Shown here one piece after another: positions 9,642-19,312 of a stretch of 64,000 nucleotides of DNA (its first letter is position 1; the number at the start of each line of letters is the position of its first letter). Origin of the DNA: Candidatus Nomurabacteria bacterium. GTDB taxonomy: Bacteria > Patescibacteriota > Minisyncoccia > Phycocordibacterales > UBA9973. The DNA is taken from assembly GCA_016699085.1 (NCBI GenBank), contig CP064958.1, forward strand, positions 475,181 to 539,180, written 5' to 3'. Made by a program: the position numbers and the translations under genes. A model generated the notes under the pieces. The model was given only the letters and a program-made list of their open reading frames with translations, searched no databases and was not told where the DNA came from.

Positions 9642-11108
9642 ATGCGCTGGGTAAATTTTCTCCACATTTATCAGCCTGCAAACCAAGCGGCTGATATAGT
9701 GACGCGGGTAGCAAATGAGAGTTATCGTCCTCTTTTAAAAACGCTCAAAGAAAATCCTAATACAAAAATTACGCTTAATATCAATGCTGCACTTTCTGAA
9801 CAGTTTGTCTCTTTGGGATTCCAAGATTTAATTAATGATATTATTTTTGTTGCCACGAGTGGTCAAATCGAATTCACCGGTAGTGCTAAATATCATGCAC
9901 TCTTACCATTTCTGTCAGAGGATGAAATAATTCGCCAAATTACTCTTAATTTTCAAACTAATCAGAAAATTTTCGGTGACGTATACAACCCTAAAGGCTT
10001 TTTTCCTCCAGAAATGGCGTATGCCCCCCTGATTGCTCCAATTGTTGAGAAATTAGGATATACATGGATTCTGATTGATGAGGTCGGCTTCAACGGGCGG
10101 GTTGCTGGAGTTGATACAAACGTTGTCTATACGATTGAGAATACTAAGCTTTCAGTTTTTTTCCGTGAAAGAACATACTCAAATTTAATTATGAGTGCAT
10201 TGGTCCGCCGAGAAGAAGATTTCAAAGACATGGAAGATTTCAAGTCAAAAAACTACTTAGTTACTGGTATGGATGGGGAAACGTTTGGCCATCATCGCCC
10301 AGGGTTACAAAAGCTTTTGACAGGACTTCTGACAACACCGGATTTTGAGCATGTTTTTATAGAAGATCTAATGAGAGACATACCAGCGAGAAAAGTTATC
10401 CAGCCTGTTATTTCCACTTGGGCATCCACTGAAAAAGATATTGAAGAAGGTAATCAATTTTTAACGTGGGATGATCCAAATAACACTATTCATCGAATGC
10501 AGTGGGAACTGCAGCAATTGGCAATTGAAACTGTCAAAAATGAAAATATTGAGGATTCTATGGCCCGTCATTTACTTGATGAAGCTTTAGCCTCGGATCA
10601 TTTTTTCTGGGCATCGGCGAGACCATGGTGGTCACTTGAAGTGATAGAATCAGGAGCCTGGCTATTGCTCGACACGATTAAAAAAACTCAAAATGTAGAA
10701 CGTACGATAAATGCTAAAGCGCTTGAGTTGTACTACGCGATCATAGCTTCGGCATTCAGTTGGCAACGCACAGGACATATTAAGGAAATTTATAAAGAGT
10801 ACCGCGAAATTCCACGAATCCCATTTAAAGATAAAACGGCAGGTGAACCCTGGGTATATGCTGCATTTATTGAGCTTATGAAAATAAAGATCAAAGAAGC
10901 AGTAGTAAAAGAAAATTTTGAGGAAGCAATACTGTGGCGTGATGCGATTTGGAAACTTGAGACAAAGAATGATTTATATGATTCACTGCATGCGGTTGAT
11001 TTACTGCGACAGAAAATTACTAATGGTGATGTGCTTGATATGATTGATAAATATAAACTCGAGTATCAGAGACTCGCGTCCGGGCAGCCTGAGCAGCGAG
11101 GGATTTAA
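9642..11108 (+). CDS. GH57-family glycoside hydrolase, possibly a GH57 glycogen branching enzyme or 4-alpha-glucanotransferase
   Basis: GH57 regions HIYQP (region I), PEMAYAP (region III nucleophile Glu), MDGETFGHH (region IV) and FFWASARPWW (region V). Confidence 0.75.
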   Translation: MRWVNFLHIYQPANQAADIVTRVANESYRPLLKTLKENPNTKITLNINAALSEQFVSLGFQDLINDIIFVATSGQIEFTGSAKYHALLPFLSEDEIIRQITLNFQTNQKIFGDVYNPKGFFPPEMAYAPLIAPIVEKLGYTWILIDEVGFNGRVAGVDTNVVYTIENTKLSVFFRERTYSNLIMSALVRREEDFKDMEDFKSKNYLVTGMDGETFGHHRPGLQKLLTGLLTTPDFEHVFIEDLMRDIPARKVIQPVISTWASTEKDIEEGNQFLTWDDPNNTIHRMQWELQQLAIETVKNENIEDSMARHLLDEALASDHFFWASARPWWSLEVIESGAWLLLDTIKKTQNVERTINAKALELYYAIIASAFSWQRTGHIKEIYKEYREIPRIPFKDKTAGEPWVYAAFIELMKIKIKEAVVKENFEEAILWRDAIWKLETKNDLYDSLHAVDLLRQKITNGDVLDMIDKYKLEYQRLASGQPEQRGI

Positions 11109-11118
11109 ATATATACAT

Positions 11119-12789
11119 ATGAATATCGAAGATTGGTTCGCAAATGTAAAAAATACTGAAGATTACAAAGCATTGGAGAGAAATCCAATTGCATATTTCT
11201 CTGCTGAGTATGCGCTTGATTCTGCGTTGCCCACGTATGCGGGTGGCTTAGGAGTTTTGGCAGGGGATTATATCCACGAAACTGTCTCTCATACTTTCCC
11301 ACTCATTGCCATCGGACTTCGTTACCATAATGCCCAGCATTCAGTTATATCTATGGGTGCTGAAATAGAAGAACATATTGCAGAAGCAAAACTTGTGCCG
11401 CTTATAGATGCCCAAGGAGTGCCAGTAGTTATATCGCTTCCAATTGGAGATCGAATTGTTCATGCAAAAGCTTTTATTTGGAATAACTTCCCACTATATT
11501 TTTTGGATACAAACATAGAAGCAAATCATCCAGATGACCGAAGTATTACACAGGTGCTCTATGTAGAAGATCGTACGCTTCGATTAAAGCAAGAAATTCT
11601 TTTGGGTATAGGTGGCTTTAGATTGTTAAAGCGACTTGGGCATCATCCGTCGGTATATCATCTCAATGAAGGTCACTCAGCGTTTCTTGGACTTGAGCTT
11701 GCCCATCACGAGATGGAGCATCGCCATGTTGATTTTAAAACTGCTTGTGACTATGCCAAAAAACATGTGCTTTTTACCAACCATACGCTTGTGCCTGCTG
11801 GTCAAGAGCAGTTTTCACTCGAGACGGTTACGAGTCTTATGAAAAACTATGCGGAAGAAATCGGCGTGGCGACATATGATATTGCGGAACTTGGTAAAAA
11901 TGGAGATGCGTTCTCAATGACGACTCTTGCGTTTCGACTTTCGAGTAAAGCCAATGCTGTTAGCGTACTCCATGGGCAAAAGGCAAAAATACTCTGGCCT
12001 GAGCACCCTATGGAGGCAATCACCAATGGTATTTATCTTCCACGCTGGGATAAGATAGGGGCAGTTAGTGCAGAAGATATTTTTAAGATTCACCAAACAA
12101 ATAAAACCAAGCTGTTAAAATATATTTTTGATATTACTGGTGAAACCTGGCATGAAGACGAGCTTTTGATTGGCTGGGCGAGACGAACAGTTGATTACAA
12201 ACAGCCACTCGCCTTTTTCTCGGATATCGCGAGACTACAAGAAATTATATCGAAATCTCACAGGTCAGTTAGAATTGTGTTTTCTGGCCCAACTGAAAAT
12301 GGCAATGAAAATGCAAATACATTAGTCGCTATGCTGCGTGCACTCTTTGCCGCTGACCTTAAAGGCATTGCAGTCTTTCTTCCAAATTATAATTTAGACA
12401 TAGCCTCACTGATGACCTCAGGTACGGATATATGGCTCAATACCCCTATGATCGGCTCTGAGGCTTGTGGTACGAGTGGTATGAAGGCACTTTTGAATGG
12501 ATCATTGCCATTATCTACTCGGGATGGCTGGATAGCAGAGGTAGCTATGGAAAATATTGGCTGGATTATAGATGAACCAAATATTGGCAGTAAATTGCTT
12601 GATGTTGTGGAGCAAGAAATTATACCTACCTATTACGCGCATATAAAAAATCAAAATGAGAGTGATTGGATCAAGAGAATGAAAGCCGGCCGAGAATTAA
12701 TACTTGAGAAATTTTCTGCATCCCGGATGCTTAGGGCATATATAGAAGAAGGATACATACCCCTCTTGCATCAGCATCATAAAGAATAA
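11119..12789 (+). CDS. glgP: Alpha-glucan (glycogen/maltodextrin) phosphorylase, GT35
   Basis: FSAEYALDSALPTYAGGLGVLAGDY N-terminal signature and conserved C-terminal PLP-domain layout. The start is placed at MNIEDWF, not at the upstream overlapping Met. Confidence 0.9.
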   Translation: MNIEDWFANVKNTEDYKALERNPIAYFSAEYALDSALPTYAGGLGVLAGDYIHETVSHTFPLIAIGLRYHNAQHSVISMGAEIEEHIAEAKLVPLIDAQGVPVVISLPIGDRIVHAKAFIWNNFPLYFLDTNIEANHPDDRSITQVLYVEDRTLRLKQEILLGIGGFRLLKRLGHHPSVYHLNEGHSAFLGLELAHHEMEHRHVDFKTACDYAKKHVLFTNHTLVPAGQEQFSLETVTSLMKNYAEEIGVATYDIAELGKNGDAFSMTTLAFRLSSKANAVSVLHGQKAKILWPEHPMEAITNGIYLPRWDKIGAVSAEDIFKIHQTNKTKLLKYIFDITGETWHEDELLIGWARRTVDYKQPLAFFSDIARLQEIISKSHRSVRIVFSGPTENGNENANTLVAMLRALFAADLKGIAVFLPNYNLDIASLMTSGTDIWLNTPMIGSEACGTSGMKALLNGSLPLSTRDGWIAEVAMENIGWIIDEPNIGSKLLDVVEQEIIPTYYAHIKNQNESDWIKRMKAGRELILEKFSASRMLRAYIEEGYIPLLHQHHKE

Positions 12790-12790
12790 T

Positions 12791-13540
12791 TTACCCTGTA
12801 AGTATGGACTCAATATAAGCTGCTGTTTCTTCTGGCCCACTGACGGTAACGATTGTTATGCCAAGAGGGATAACAACCGCATCATTACCACCTTCAAAAA
12901 GTGCATCCCCCACATACACAGCTTCTTTAAGGGGTATGTTGGTATATGCAAGAAGCTGCTTGATGCCGTAGGCTTTATCAATACCAGCTTTGGTGACATC
13001 AATCGACGTTGTGCCAGCAACGCTTATTGCATAGTTTGGCAGAAGCTTGGTTAATACTGTAATTATTTGTTTACGCTTGGTATGGTCGGGATCCCACGCT
13101 CTTTTTTGTTCCAGTGCTGCATCAATACCAAGTGCTGAGAAGGTAATTTGTGATCTGCGATCATCAAATAAATTACCTGCAGGGTTGTTTGATTTTCCAA
13201 TGCCGGTTTCTGCAAATGCTTGCTCAAATGCTGTAATAATTTTCTTTTTTTCTATCTCACTTAAAATTTCTTTGTATATTTCTTCCCAGGCCTCCTTATA
13301 GACATAGAAACTACCCCCATCGGTAGGAAGTAAATAAAGATTCGCTAGCTGTTCGTCTGTGCATGATACATGCGTGAGTAATTGTTTTTCAAACTGAACA
13401 AATGATGCACCAGAGGTAACAGCTACTTTCTTTTGTTGTAATAAGCTCGAGAGCAGATGGGCCATGGTTTGACTGATTGGAGTTTTGCTCTTAGAGAGTG
13501 TGTCGTCGAGGTCAAAAATAATAAGTTTTGGCAATGTCAT
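12791..13540 (-). CDS. HAD-superfamily hydrolase (sugar phosphatase-like)
   Basis: N-terminal IIFDLDDTL motif I, 249 aa. Confidence 0.6.
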   Translation of the reverse strand: MTLPKLIIFDLDDTLSKSKTPISQTMAHLLSSLLQQKKVAVTSGASFVQFEKQLLTHVSCTDEQLANLYLLPTDGGSFYVYKEAWEEIYKEILSEIEKKKIITAFEQAFAETGIGKSNNPAGNLFDDRRSQITFSALGIDAALEQKRAWDPDHTKRKQIITVLTKLLPNYAISVAGTTSIDVTKAGIDKAYGIKQLLAYTNIPLKEAVYVGDALFEGGNDAVVIPLGITIVTVSGPEETAAYIESILTG

Positions 13541-13662
13541 ACCACCTAGTATACACAGTTTTGTTGTTTTTTCATTGGCTATAGTAGTTTTCCACTAGTG
13601 TCAAAAGGCAATTAAGGATACAATAAAAGCAAGGAAAGTATTATTACTAATAGTTTTTTATT

Positions 13663-13911
13663 ATGAAATCATTGCATACGGTTACATTTATTCTCCTTAT
13701 TATTGGAGGTCTTAACTGGCTTCTTGTTGGTGTTATTGGTTGGGACGTTGGCCAAGTCTTTGGCGGTCAAGCAGCAATCATCTCACGCATAATTTATATT
13801 CTTGTTGGTCTCTCAGCTGTCTATGAGATCGTGAGTCACAAGAAAAATTGCAAAGAATGTATCGCAAAAGGTCCGGTGGCTCCTAGCGCAATGCCTCCAC
13901 AGAATATGTAA
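13663..13911 (+). CDS. DUF378 family small membrane protein
   Basis: GGLNWLLVGVIGWDVGQVFGG and IIYILVGLSAVYE are hallmarks of DUF378. Confidence 0.6.
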   Translation: MKSLHTVTFILLIIGGLNWLLVGVIGWDVGQVFGGQAAIISRIIYILVGLSAVYEIVSHKKNCKECIAKGPVAPSAMPPQNM

Positions 13912-13953
13912 AAGGTGTTCAATAAAAAATATCCCGCTTACTCGGGATATTTT

Positions 13954-15186
13954 TTATATTTGCTTACCAGCAACATACCCAGTTGTCCAGCATAATTGCA
14001 ACGAATAGCCGCCAGAGGGGCGGTTGATGTGGAGTAGGTCTCCGGTAACATATAGATTTTCAATAATGAGCGACTTCATATGTTTTGTGTCTATCTCAGT
14101 TAGGGGGACACCACCATCAGAGACAACGGCTCGGTCATATCCCATGAGTCCGCTTATAGAAAGTGGTAATGTTTTCAAAAGTTGCACGATATGTTTACGC
14201 ATTGGAACGGTAATACTGTGGACTTTTGTATTCGGATCAATCATCTCTGGTAGAAGCGATAGTATGGCTTCACTCATGCCCTCTGGTGCAATATTTTTGA
14301 AAATATTTTTAAACATTTTGTTTTTATTCGCATCGAACACGGCGATTATTCTAGAGTCAAGTGCGCCATGATCAGTATCGGGGAAGCAATCGATGGTCGC
14401 AGTGACCTTCCCGCCCTCGAGAAAGCCTGAAACTTCACTTGCAGCGTTTAGTATAAGTGGACCAGACAAGCCGAAGTGAGTAAAGAGCACTTTGCCTTTT
14501 TTTGTTAGGATACGCTTGTCGTCAACAAAAAAAGTAATTTTCATAAAATCAATTGACACTCCGGCAAGGGAATGAATCCATTTGTCAGGAACTTTAAGCG
14601 GTACAATAGTAGGTGTTGGTTTGATAATCGTATGGCCAAGTTTTTTCAGAAAACCAAATCCATCACCAGTGGAGCCTGTTTCAGGATGGGATATACCGCC
14701 CGTAGCCAAGATATACTTTGCTGCTTTATACTCTTTACTTTTGACAAAAACACTAGTGATTTGATTGTCCTTGTGTGAAATCCTTGTAATAGGAGAGTTA
14801 GTTAAAATAGTGATATTATTCTTCTTGAGTATTTTTTCGAGCGTGAGATACACATCGAGTGCCCGTTCAGTATGAGGGAATGCACGATTACGAGCTTGAA
14901 CAACAAGTGGCAAACCGTGAGATTCAAAAAATCTAAACGTATCTTTAACACCAAATTGCGAATATGGTGAATAGAGAAATGGCGCTGCTTTGCCATAGTG
15001 AGAGAGAAATTTGTGCACATCATACTCTGCATTAGTGATATTACATCTGCCACCGCCCGAGATTTTCAATTTCTCGCCGAGATTTTTATTCTTTTCAATC
15101 AAGAGTACTCGCTTACCAGATTCTCCAGCTACAGCTGCTGCCATCATGCCCGATGCTCCGCCGCCAACAATAATGACATCGTACAT
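13954..15186 (-). CDS. HI0933/BaiN-like NAD(P)/FAD-dependent flavoprotein
   Basis: MYDVIIVGGGASGMMAA dinucleotide-binding motif. 410 aa. Family-typical GGGRCNITN. Confidence 0.8.
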   Translation of the reverse strand: MYDVIIVGGGASGMMAAAVAGESGKRVLLIEKNKNLGEKLKISGGGRCNITNAEYDVHKFLSHYGKAAPFLYSPYSQFGVKDTFRFFESHGLPLVVQARNRAFPHTERALDVYLTLEKILKKNNITILTNSPITRISHKDNQITSVFVKSKEYKAAKYILATGGISHPETGSTGDGFGFLKKLGHTIIKPTPTIVPLKVPDKWIHSLAGVSIDFMKITFFVDDKRILTKKGKVLFTHFGLSGPLILNAASEVSGFLEGGKVTATIDCFPDTDHGALDSRIIAVFDANKNKMFKNIFKNIAPEGMSEAILSLLPEMIDPNTKVHSITVPMRKHIVQLLKTLPLSISGLMGYDRAVVSDGGVPLTEIDTKHMKSLIIENLYVTGDLLHINRPSGGYSLQLCWTTGYVAGKQI

Positions 15187-15187
15187 A

Positions 15188-15601
15188 TTATTGGATGAGA
15201 GTTAAATCACCATGCACAATAATTGGCTTCATCGCTTCAATTTCAGTTTTATAGAATGCAATATCAGGAATAGGGTTTAAGAGAAATATTTTCTGATTAA
15301 GCACATGGGCAAAGCCGATTTCCATAAGCGTATTGCCACCGATGTAGTTTGCAATGTTGTTTTTATCATAATTAGCTACAAGAACCGCATCCGCTCCTTG
15401 CATTTCACGCCAAAAAACTCTAATAGCATCTTTATTGTTTTTCTGGTCTATTTTGATAACCTCTATCTCTTGGTCAGTTTTACCAATAAAAGGTTGGTGT
15501 AGTTCAGTTATAAAGGCAGTATGGCCAAGTTTAATCAGCTTATCTCTAAGTTCAAGCATTTTCTCTGTATATTGCATGCTGCCAATAATGCCGATTTTCA
15601 T
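15188..15601 (-). CDS. Nucleoside 2-deoxyribosyltransferase-like protein
   Basis: MKIGIIGS N-terminus and GNTLMEIGFAHVLNQKIFLL, resembling the NDT catalytic Glu region. Confidence 0.45.
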   Translation of the reverse strand: MKIGIIGSMQYTEKMLELRDKLIKLGHTAFITELHQPFIGKTDQEIEVIKIDQKNNKDAIRVFWREMQGADAVLVANYDKNNIANYIGGNTLMEIGFAHVLNQKIFLLNPIPDIAFYKTEIEAMKPIIVHGDLTLIQ

Positions 15602-15694
15602 ATAATCTGGATTGTAGCAGAATATTTCGCTTCGCGCTTATATTTTGACAGAATAATTTTTTTGTAGTAAGGTGAAGTAAAATCTTACAAAAAA

Positions 15695-16318
15695 ATGGGA
15701 AAACCAGTTATATTTCTTGATTTTGATGGATTCAAATTCGATACATTAGATGCTCATGTTGAATATCAGAATTACCGGTACGGTATAAATTCTACACGAG
15801 CTGATTATGTCAAAAATCCTTCTCTTGACACAGTTATCAACAAATATTTGTCTCAGGAAAAGCAAGTGACTTCAAGAGATGTGTACGTTGATAGTGTTGA
15901 GAATTTCCTAACATCACTCGACTGGCACAAGAATGTCAAGCCTGTCGATGGAATGTGTGAAGTGATGTCAAAACTTACTCTGAAATACAAACTTGTTACG
16001 GTCACTGCTCGAGAGAAAAATGGGCTAGCAGTTATACAGCACTTTCTCGACACATATATTCCAAACTGTGTGAGTGAGATTCATTGTGTTTGGGAACACG
16101 CTGGAAATGGAATTTTTAATGCACATTCAAAAAGAGATTTTATTAAAAATTACTCTGGCAAGAAAGTCGCTTTCTTGGATGATTCTGATTATGAAATCTT
16201 AGAGTTACAAGATATTATTTTGTCGTACCTTTTTGATCCATTGGGTACACACGACGATAATAAAAAGATATTGCATCGAGTAAGAAGTTGGGAAGAGATC
16301 GGAAAATTGTTCCTTTGA
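15695..16318 (+). CDS. HAD-like 5'(3')-deoxyribonucleotidase (NT5C-like)
   Basis: VIFLDFDGFKFD (DxDGxxxD) at the N-terminus. Size 207 aa. Confidence 0.4.
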   Translation: MGKPVIFLDFDGFKFDTLDAHVEYQNYRYGINSTRADYVKNPSLDTVINKYLSQEKQVTSRDVYVDSVENFLTSLDWHKNVKPVDGMCEVMSKLTLKYKLVTVTAREKNGLAVIQHFLDTYIPNCVSEIHCVWEHAGNGIFNAHSKRDFIKNYSGKKVAFLDDSDYEILELQDIILSYLFDPLGTHDDNKKILHRVRSWEEIGKLFL

Positions 16319-16547
16319 TATAATAGACAGCACTATGTGCTGTTTTTTTATTTGTATTGCATGCAAATACACACTGTGGTATATATAAAGTATGCATTTA
16401 ACGTTTACACAATTTGTTTGGTATCGATGTCTACCCGGAACATGGCTCGGAGTGGATTGTTGTTAATTGTGTAATCTAAATCTATTTACACTAACCCCCT
16501 CCAAGTCATGGAGGGGGTTTTGTTTTGTGTCCCATACATACAACATC

Positions 16548-17597
16548 ATGTTCTTTAAAAAAATAGCTATGCAACAAACAACTAGCAGACCATCATTTCT
16601 TCCGGAAATTGTTAAAACATTCACCGTAGGCAATTGGAAGATACGAACTTTGCCAATAGAAGTACCTATTTATGCATCAGAAAAAAGCCAATTGGAGTCA
16701 CTTGCTAATCAGTGGCCAGCATGCTTTAACTCGAAGCATGCAAATTGGATGACTGACGTATTTGGGGTGCCAAGTGTCGTTATTCGGATTGATTATACGG
16801 TTAGCTTTGAGGGTAAGGTTAATGTATACGAAATCGAAGACAGACCGGCAGGATTTGAAATCGATGCACTAGCATCAGCTAAGGCCTTCCAAGCTTTTGT
16901 GGAAACACTAAAGAATATATGCGAATATACTAATAAGCCACTCGGTATCTGTGTTTCTCGAGGTCGTATGTTTAATTCTGATGATTTCTACTGGGCACAG
17001 AGACTCAAGGATTTTGGTGGTATACGAATGGTTTTTGGGGAAGTCCCAACAAATCCAGAAGATGCAATTTGGTTTGTACGGACACTTCGAGATGAAAAAG
17101 AGTACTATGCATTGTCTCCGTATTCACTTACAACTATCAAGTATGAGGGTGATAAATCATATGGTATTGCTTTAAAGTTATGGAAACCTCTAAAATATAT
17201 AGTTGGTGGCATGGATTCTTTTGAGGGGATATATGAATTCAAAAGAACTATAGAAATTCCTTGGAGTAAACCTTTTGTGGTTAAACCTGGATTTGGCTGC
17301 CGTTGTGAAAATGTACACCTGTATCATCCCAAGAGACCAAGTAACGGATTCTCGACGAAGACAAAAATTGAGAAGGCTATAGCAAACAATGAAGTTCATT
17401 ATATTCAGGAGTACTACGAACCAGAGTCGCCGGCATTTCTACCAACTGAATACGCTATGATTCGTAGATGTTACTTAGTGTTTGACATAGCGAGTAAAGC
17501 ATACAAAGTGATTGGTGGCCAATGGGAAGCAAGACCCAACTGCCATAAAATTCATGGTGCCTCTGATGCTGTTTGTGGGCCACTTGTTGTTACATAG
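16548..17597 (+). CDS. ATP-grasp-like ligase, uncharacterised
   Basis: VVKPGFGCRCENVHLY and HYIQEYYEPES resemble ATP-grasp nucleotide-binding motifs. The ORF-track start at 16467 would place a terminator hairpin (16493..16527) inside the coding region, so the start is moved to MFFKK. Confidence 0.4.
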   Translation: MFFKKIAMQQTTSRPSFLPEIVKTFTVGNWKIRTLPIEVPIYASEKSQLESLANQWPACFNSKHANWMTDVFGVPSVVIRIDYTVSFEGKVNVYEIEDRPAGFEIDALASAKAFQAFVETLKNICEYTNKPLGICVSRGRMFNSDDFYWAQRLKDFGGIRMVFGEVPTNPEDAIWFVRTLRDEKEYYALSPYSLTTIKYEGDKSYGIALKLWKPLKYIVGGMDSFEGIYEFKRTIEIPWSKPFVVKPGFGCRCENVHLYHPKRPSNGFSTKTKIEKAIANNEVHYIQEYYEPESPAFLPTEYAMIRRCYLVFDIASKAYKVIGGQWEARPNCHKIHGASDAVCGPLVVT

Positions 17598-17648
17598 AAT
17601 TTAAAAGCACGGATTTCATATCCGTGCTTTTTTGCTATACTCAAATCT

Positions 17649-18401
17649 ATGTGTAGATTATTTGCTTTTAGTGGAAATACTGGTAGCCCGGAGTACCGAG
17701 ATGCGCTCATGGCTTTTGCTGTATTGGCAGATAAAGGCTGTGTGCCGTGCGGTATTGAGCCTGGGCACCAAGACGGCTGGGGTATACATAGCTCAAACAA
17801 AGCACATGAAGTATATATCCGCTCAGTCGAACCTATTGATGGAGACAGTGTTATTTCATCAACTGAATCTGTTTCAGGTGATGGTCAGGTAATCGCTCAT
17901 TTGCGCAAGGCAACTGTTGGAACAAAAGCTATTTGTAATACCCATCCTTTTCTACGTTCAGGTATATGTTTTTGCCATAATGGCTCGATACATGCTTTTG
18001 AAAGCACGGTTTTTACTAACGATAGGCACTTGCGTGAAGGCCATACGGATTCTGAAACTTTCTTTTTACGCATTCTTGATCGCATAGACGGGCAATTAGG
18101 TGATGGTAGCCTCTCTATGTTTGAAAAGGCGATTAAGGACGAAGTTATAGAAATTCAAAAGATTAGTGAATGGACATCATTGACATGTCTACTCAAAACT
18201 AAAGAGGGGATTATACTTCACTATTTATGGAATGAAAAAGATCCCGAACGTGAGACGCTCAAATTAGATGAGTACTATACTTTTTACAAAGGCACAAAAG
18301 ATGGTATGACGATTCTATGTTCTGAGACGCTAGATATACAGGGTTTTACTTGGGAAAAACTAGACAATGGGACAATACTTACATTGCCAAATAATCATTA
18401 A
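17649..18401 (+). CDS. Class II (Ntn-type) glutamine amidotransferase, YafJ/EgtC-like
   Basis: MCRLFAFSG with the nucleophilic Cys2 directly after the Met. 250 aa. Confidence 0.7.
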   Translation: MCRLFAFSGNTGSPEYRDALMAFAVLADKGCVPCGIEPGHQDGWGIHSSNKAHEVYIRSVEPIDGDSVISSTESVSGDGQVIAHLRKATVGTKAICNTHPFLRSGICFCHNGSIHAFESTVFTNDRHLREGHTDSETFFLRILDRIDGQLGDGSLSMFEKAIKDEVIEIQKISEWTSLTCLLKTKEGIILHYLWNEKDPERETLKLDEYYTFYKGTKDGMTILCSETLDIQGFTWEKLDNGTILTLPNNH

Positions 18402-18789
18402 ATCTTGTTTTTAATGCAGGAATAACATCTTGTTTTGCGAAAAATGTTTCTTGATCGAAGAGATCCCATTTTTGACCCTCAGTTAATTTAATTTTATCTG
18501 TTTCTTCAGCAGAGATACTAGCTACCATGAAAACTGCTTTTTGGTTTGGATCTTTTTGAGCTGGGTATACTTTTTCCCAAAGAAAAGATTGAGGTGATAG
18601 GACTATGCCAAGTTCTTCCTCTACTTCACGTATAGCGCATTCTTGCGAACTCTCTGTACCTTCTCTCCCTCCACCTACAAAATCCCACATGTTGGCATTA
18701 AACAATCCGGGCTTGTTATCTCTGAGATGCATTAAAATTTTGTCACCAACGAGTAGTGCGATCTTTACCCCATGAAAATCGTTTTCCAT
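18379..18789 (-). CDS. NUDIX hydrolase
   Basis: Nudix box GGGREGTESSQECAIREVEEELGI. Confidence 0.75.
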   Translation of the reverse strand: MENDFHGVKIALLVGDKILMHLRDNKPGLFNANMWDFVGGGREGTESSQECAIREVEEELGIVLSPQSFLWEKVYPAQKDPNQKAVFMVASISAEETDKIKLTEGQKWDLFDQETFFAKQDVIPALKTRFNDYLAM

Positions 18790-18809
18790 ACAGTTTAAAA
18801 TTTGAGCTC

Positions 18810-19244
18810 TTATTTCTTGCGTTTAGCTGCAAGTTTGATAATTTTTTCAAGTTCTTTTGTATTAATATCAGAAAGTTTGTTGATGTAGAGACATGAGCCT
18901 CCTTCTTTGTACTTGCCTAATTTTAAAAGGAAATCGTTTTCACCTTTCTTTTCTTTTAAACCACCATGCGTCATCGTAAAAACCTTTAAACCATAGAGAG
19001 CAGTATTTTGTTTGCGTGGAGAAAAACCTATGAGCATCCATTCTGCTTCTTTGCCATTTGCATAGGTATACTTCCTGCGGCCAAAGCCAACGATCGATGC
19101 ACCCCACATTTCAGGCTTTGCTTTAGTTACTTTCTCCATCATCAAAGATATAGCGAAGCAATCCTTACGCTTCTCTTCGTCTTTGATTGTACTCAAAAAT
19201 TTCTTTACGCTCGCTTTATTAACTTTTGTTTTTATTTCTGGCAT
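18810..19244 (-). CDS. DUF1801 (YdhG-like) domain protein
   Basis: IVGFGRRKYTYANGKEAEWMLIGFSPRK pattern. Confidence 0.6.
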   Translation of the reverse strand: MPEIKTKVNKASVKKFLSTIKDEEKRKDCFAISLMMEKVTKAKPEMWGASIVGFGRRKYTYANGKEAEWMLIGFSPRKQNTALYGLKVFTMTHGGLKEKKGENDFLLKLGKYKEGGSCLYINKLSDINTKELEKIIKLAAKRKK

Positions 19245-19312
19245 AAATAATGTTTATTGTTGTAATGATTGGTCTACTATCACCACGGGCGAGGTATCAT
19301 AAGCTCAAAAGT

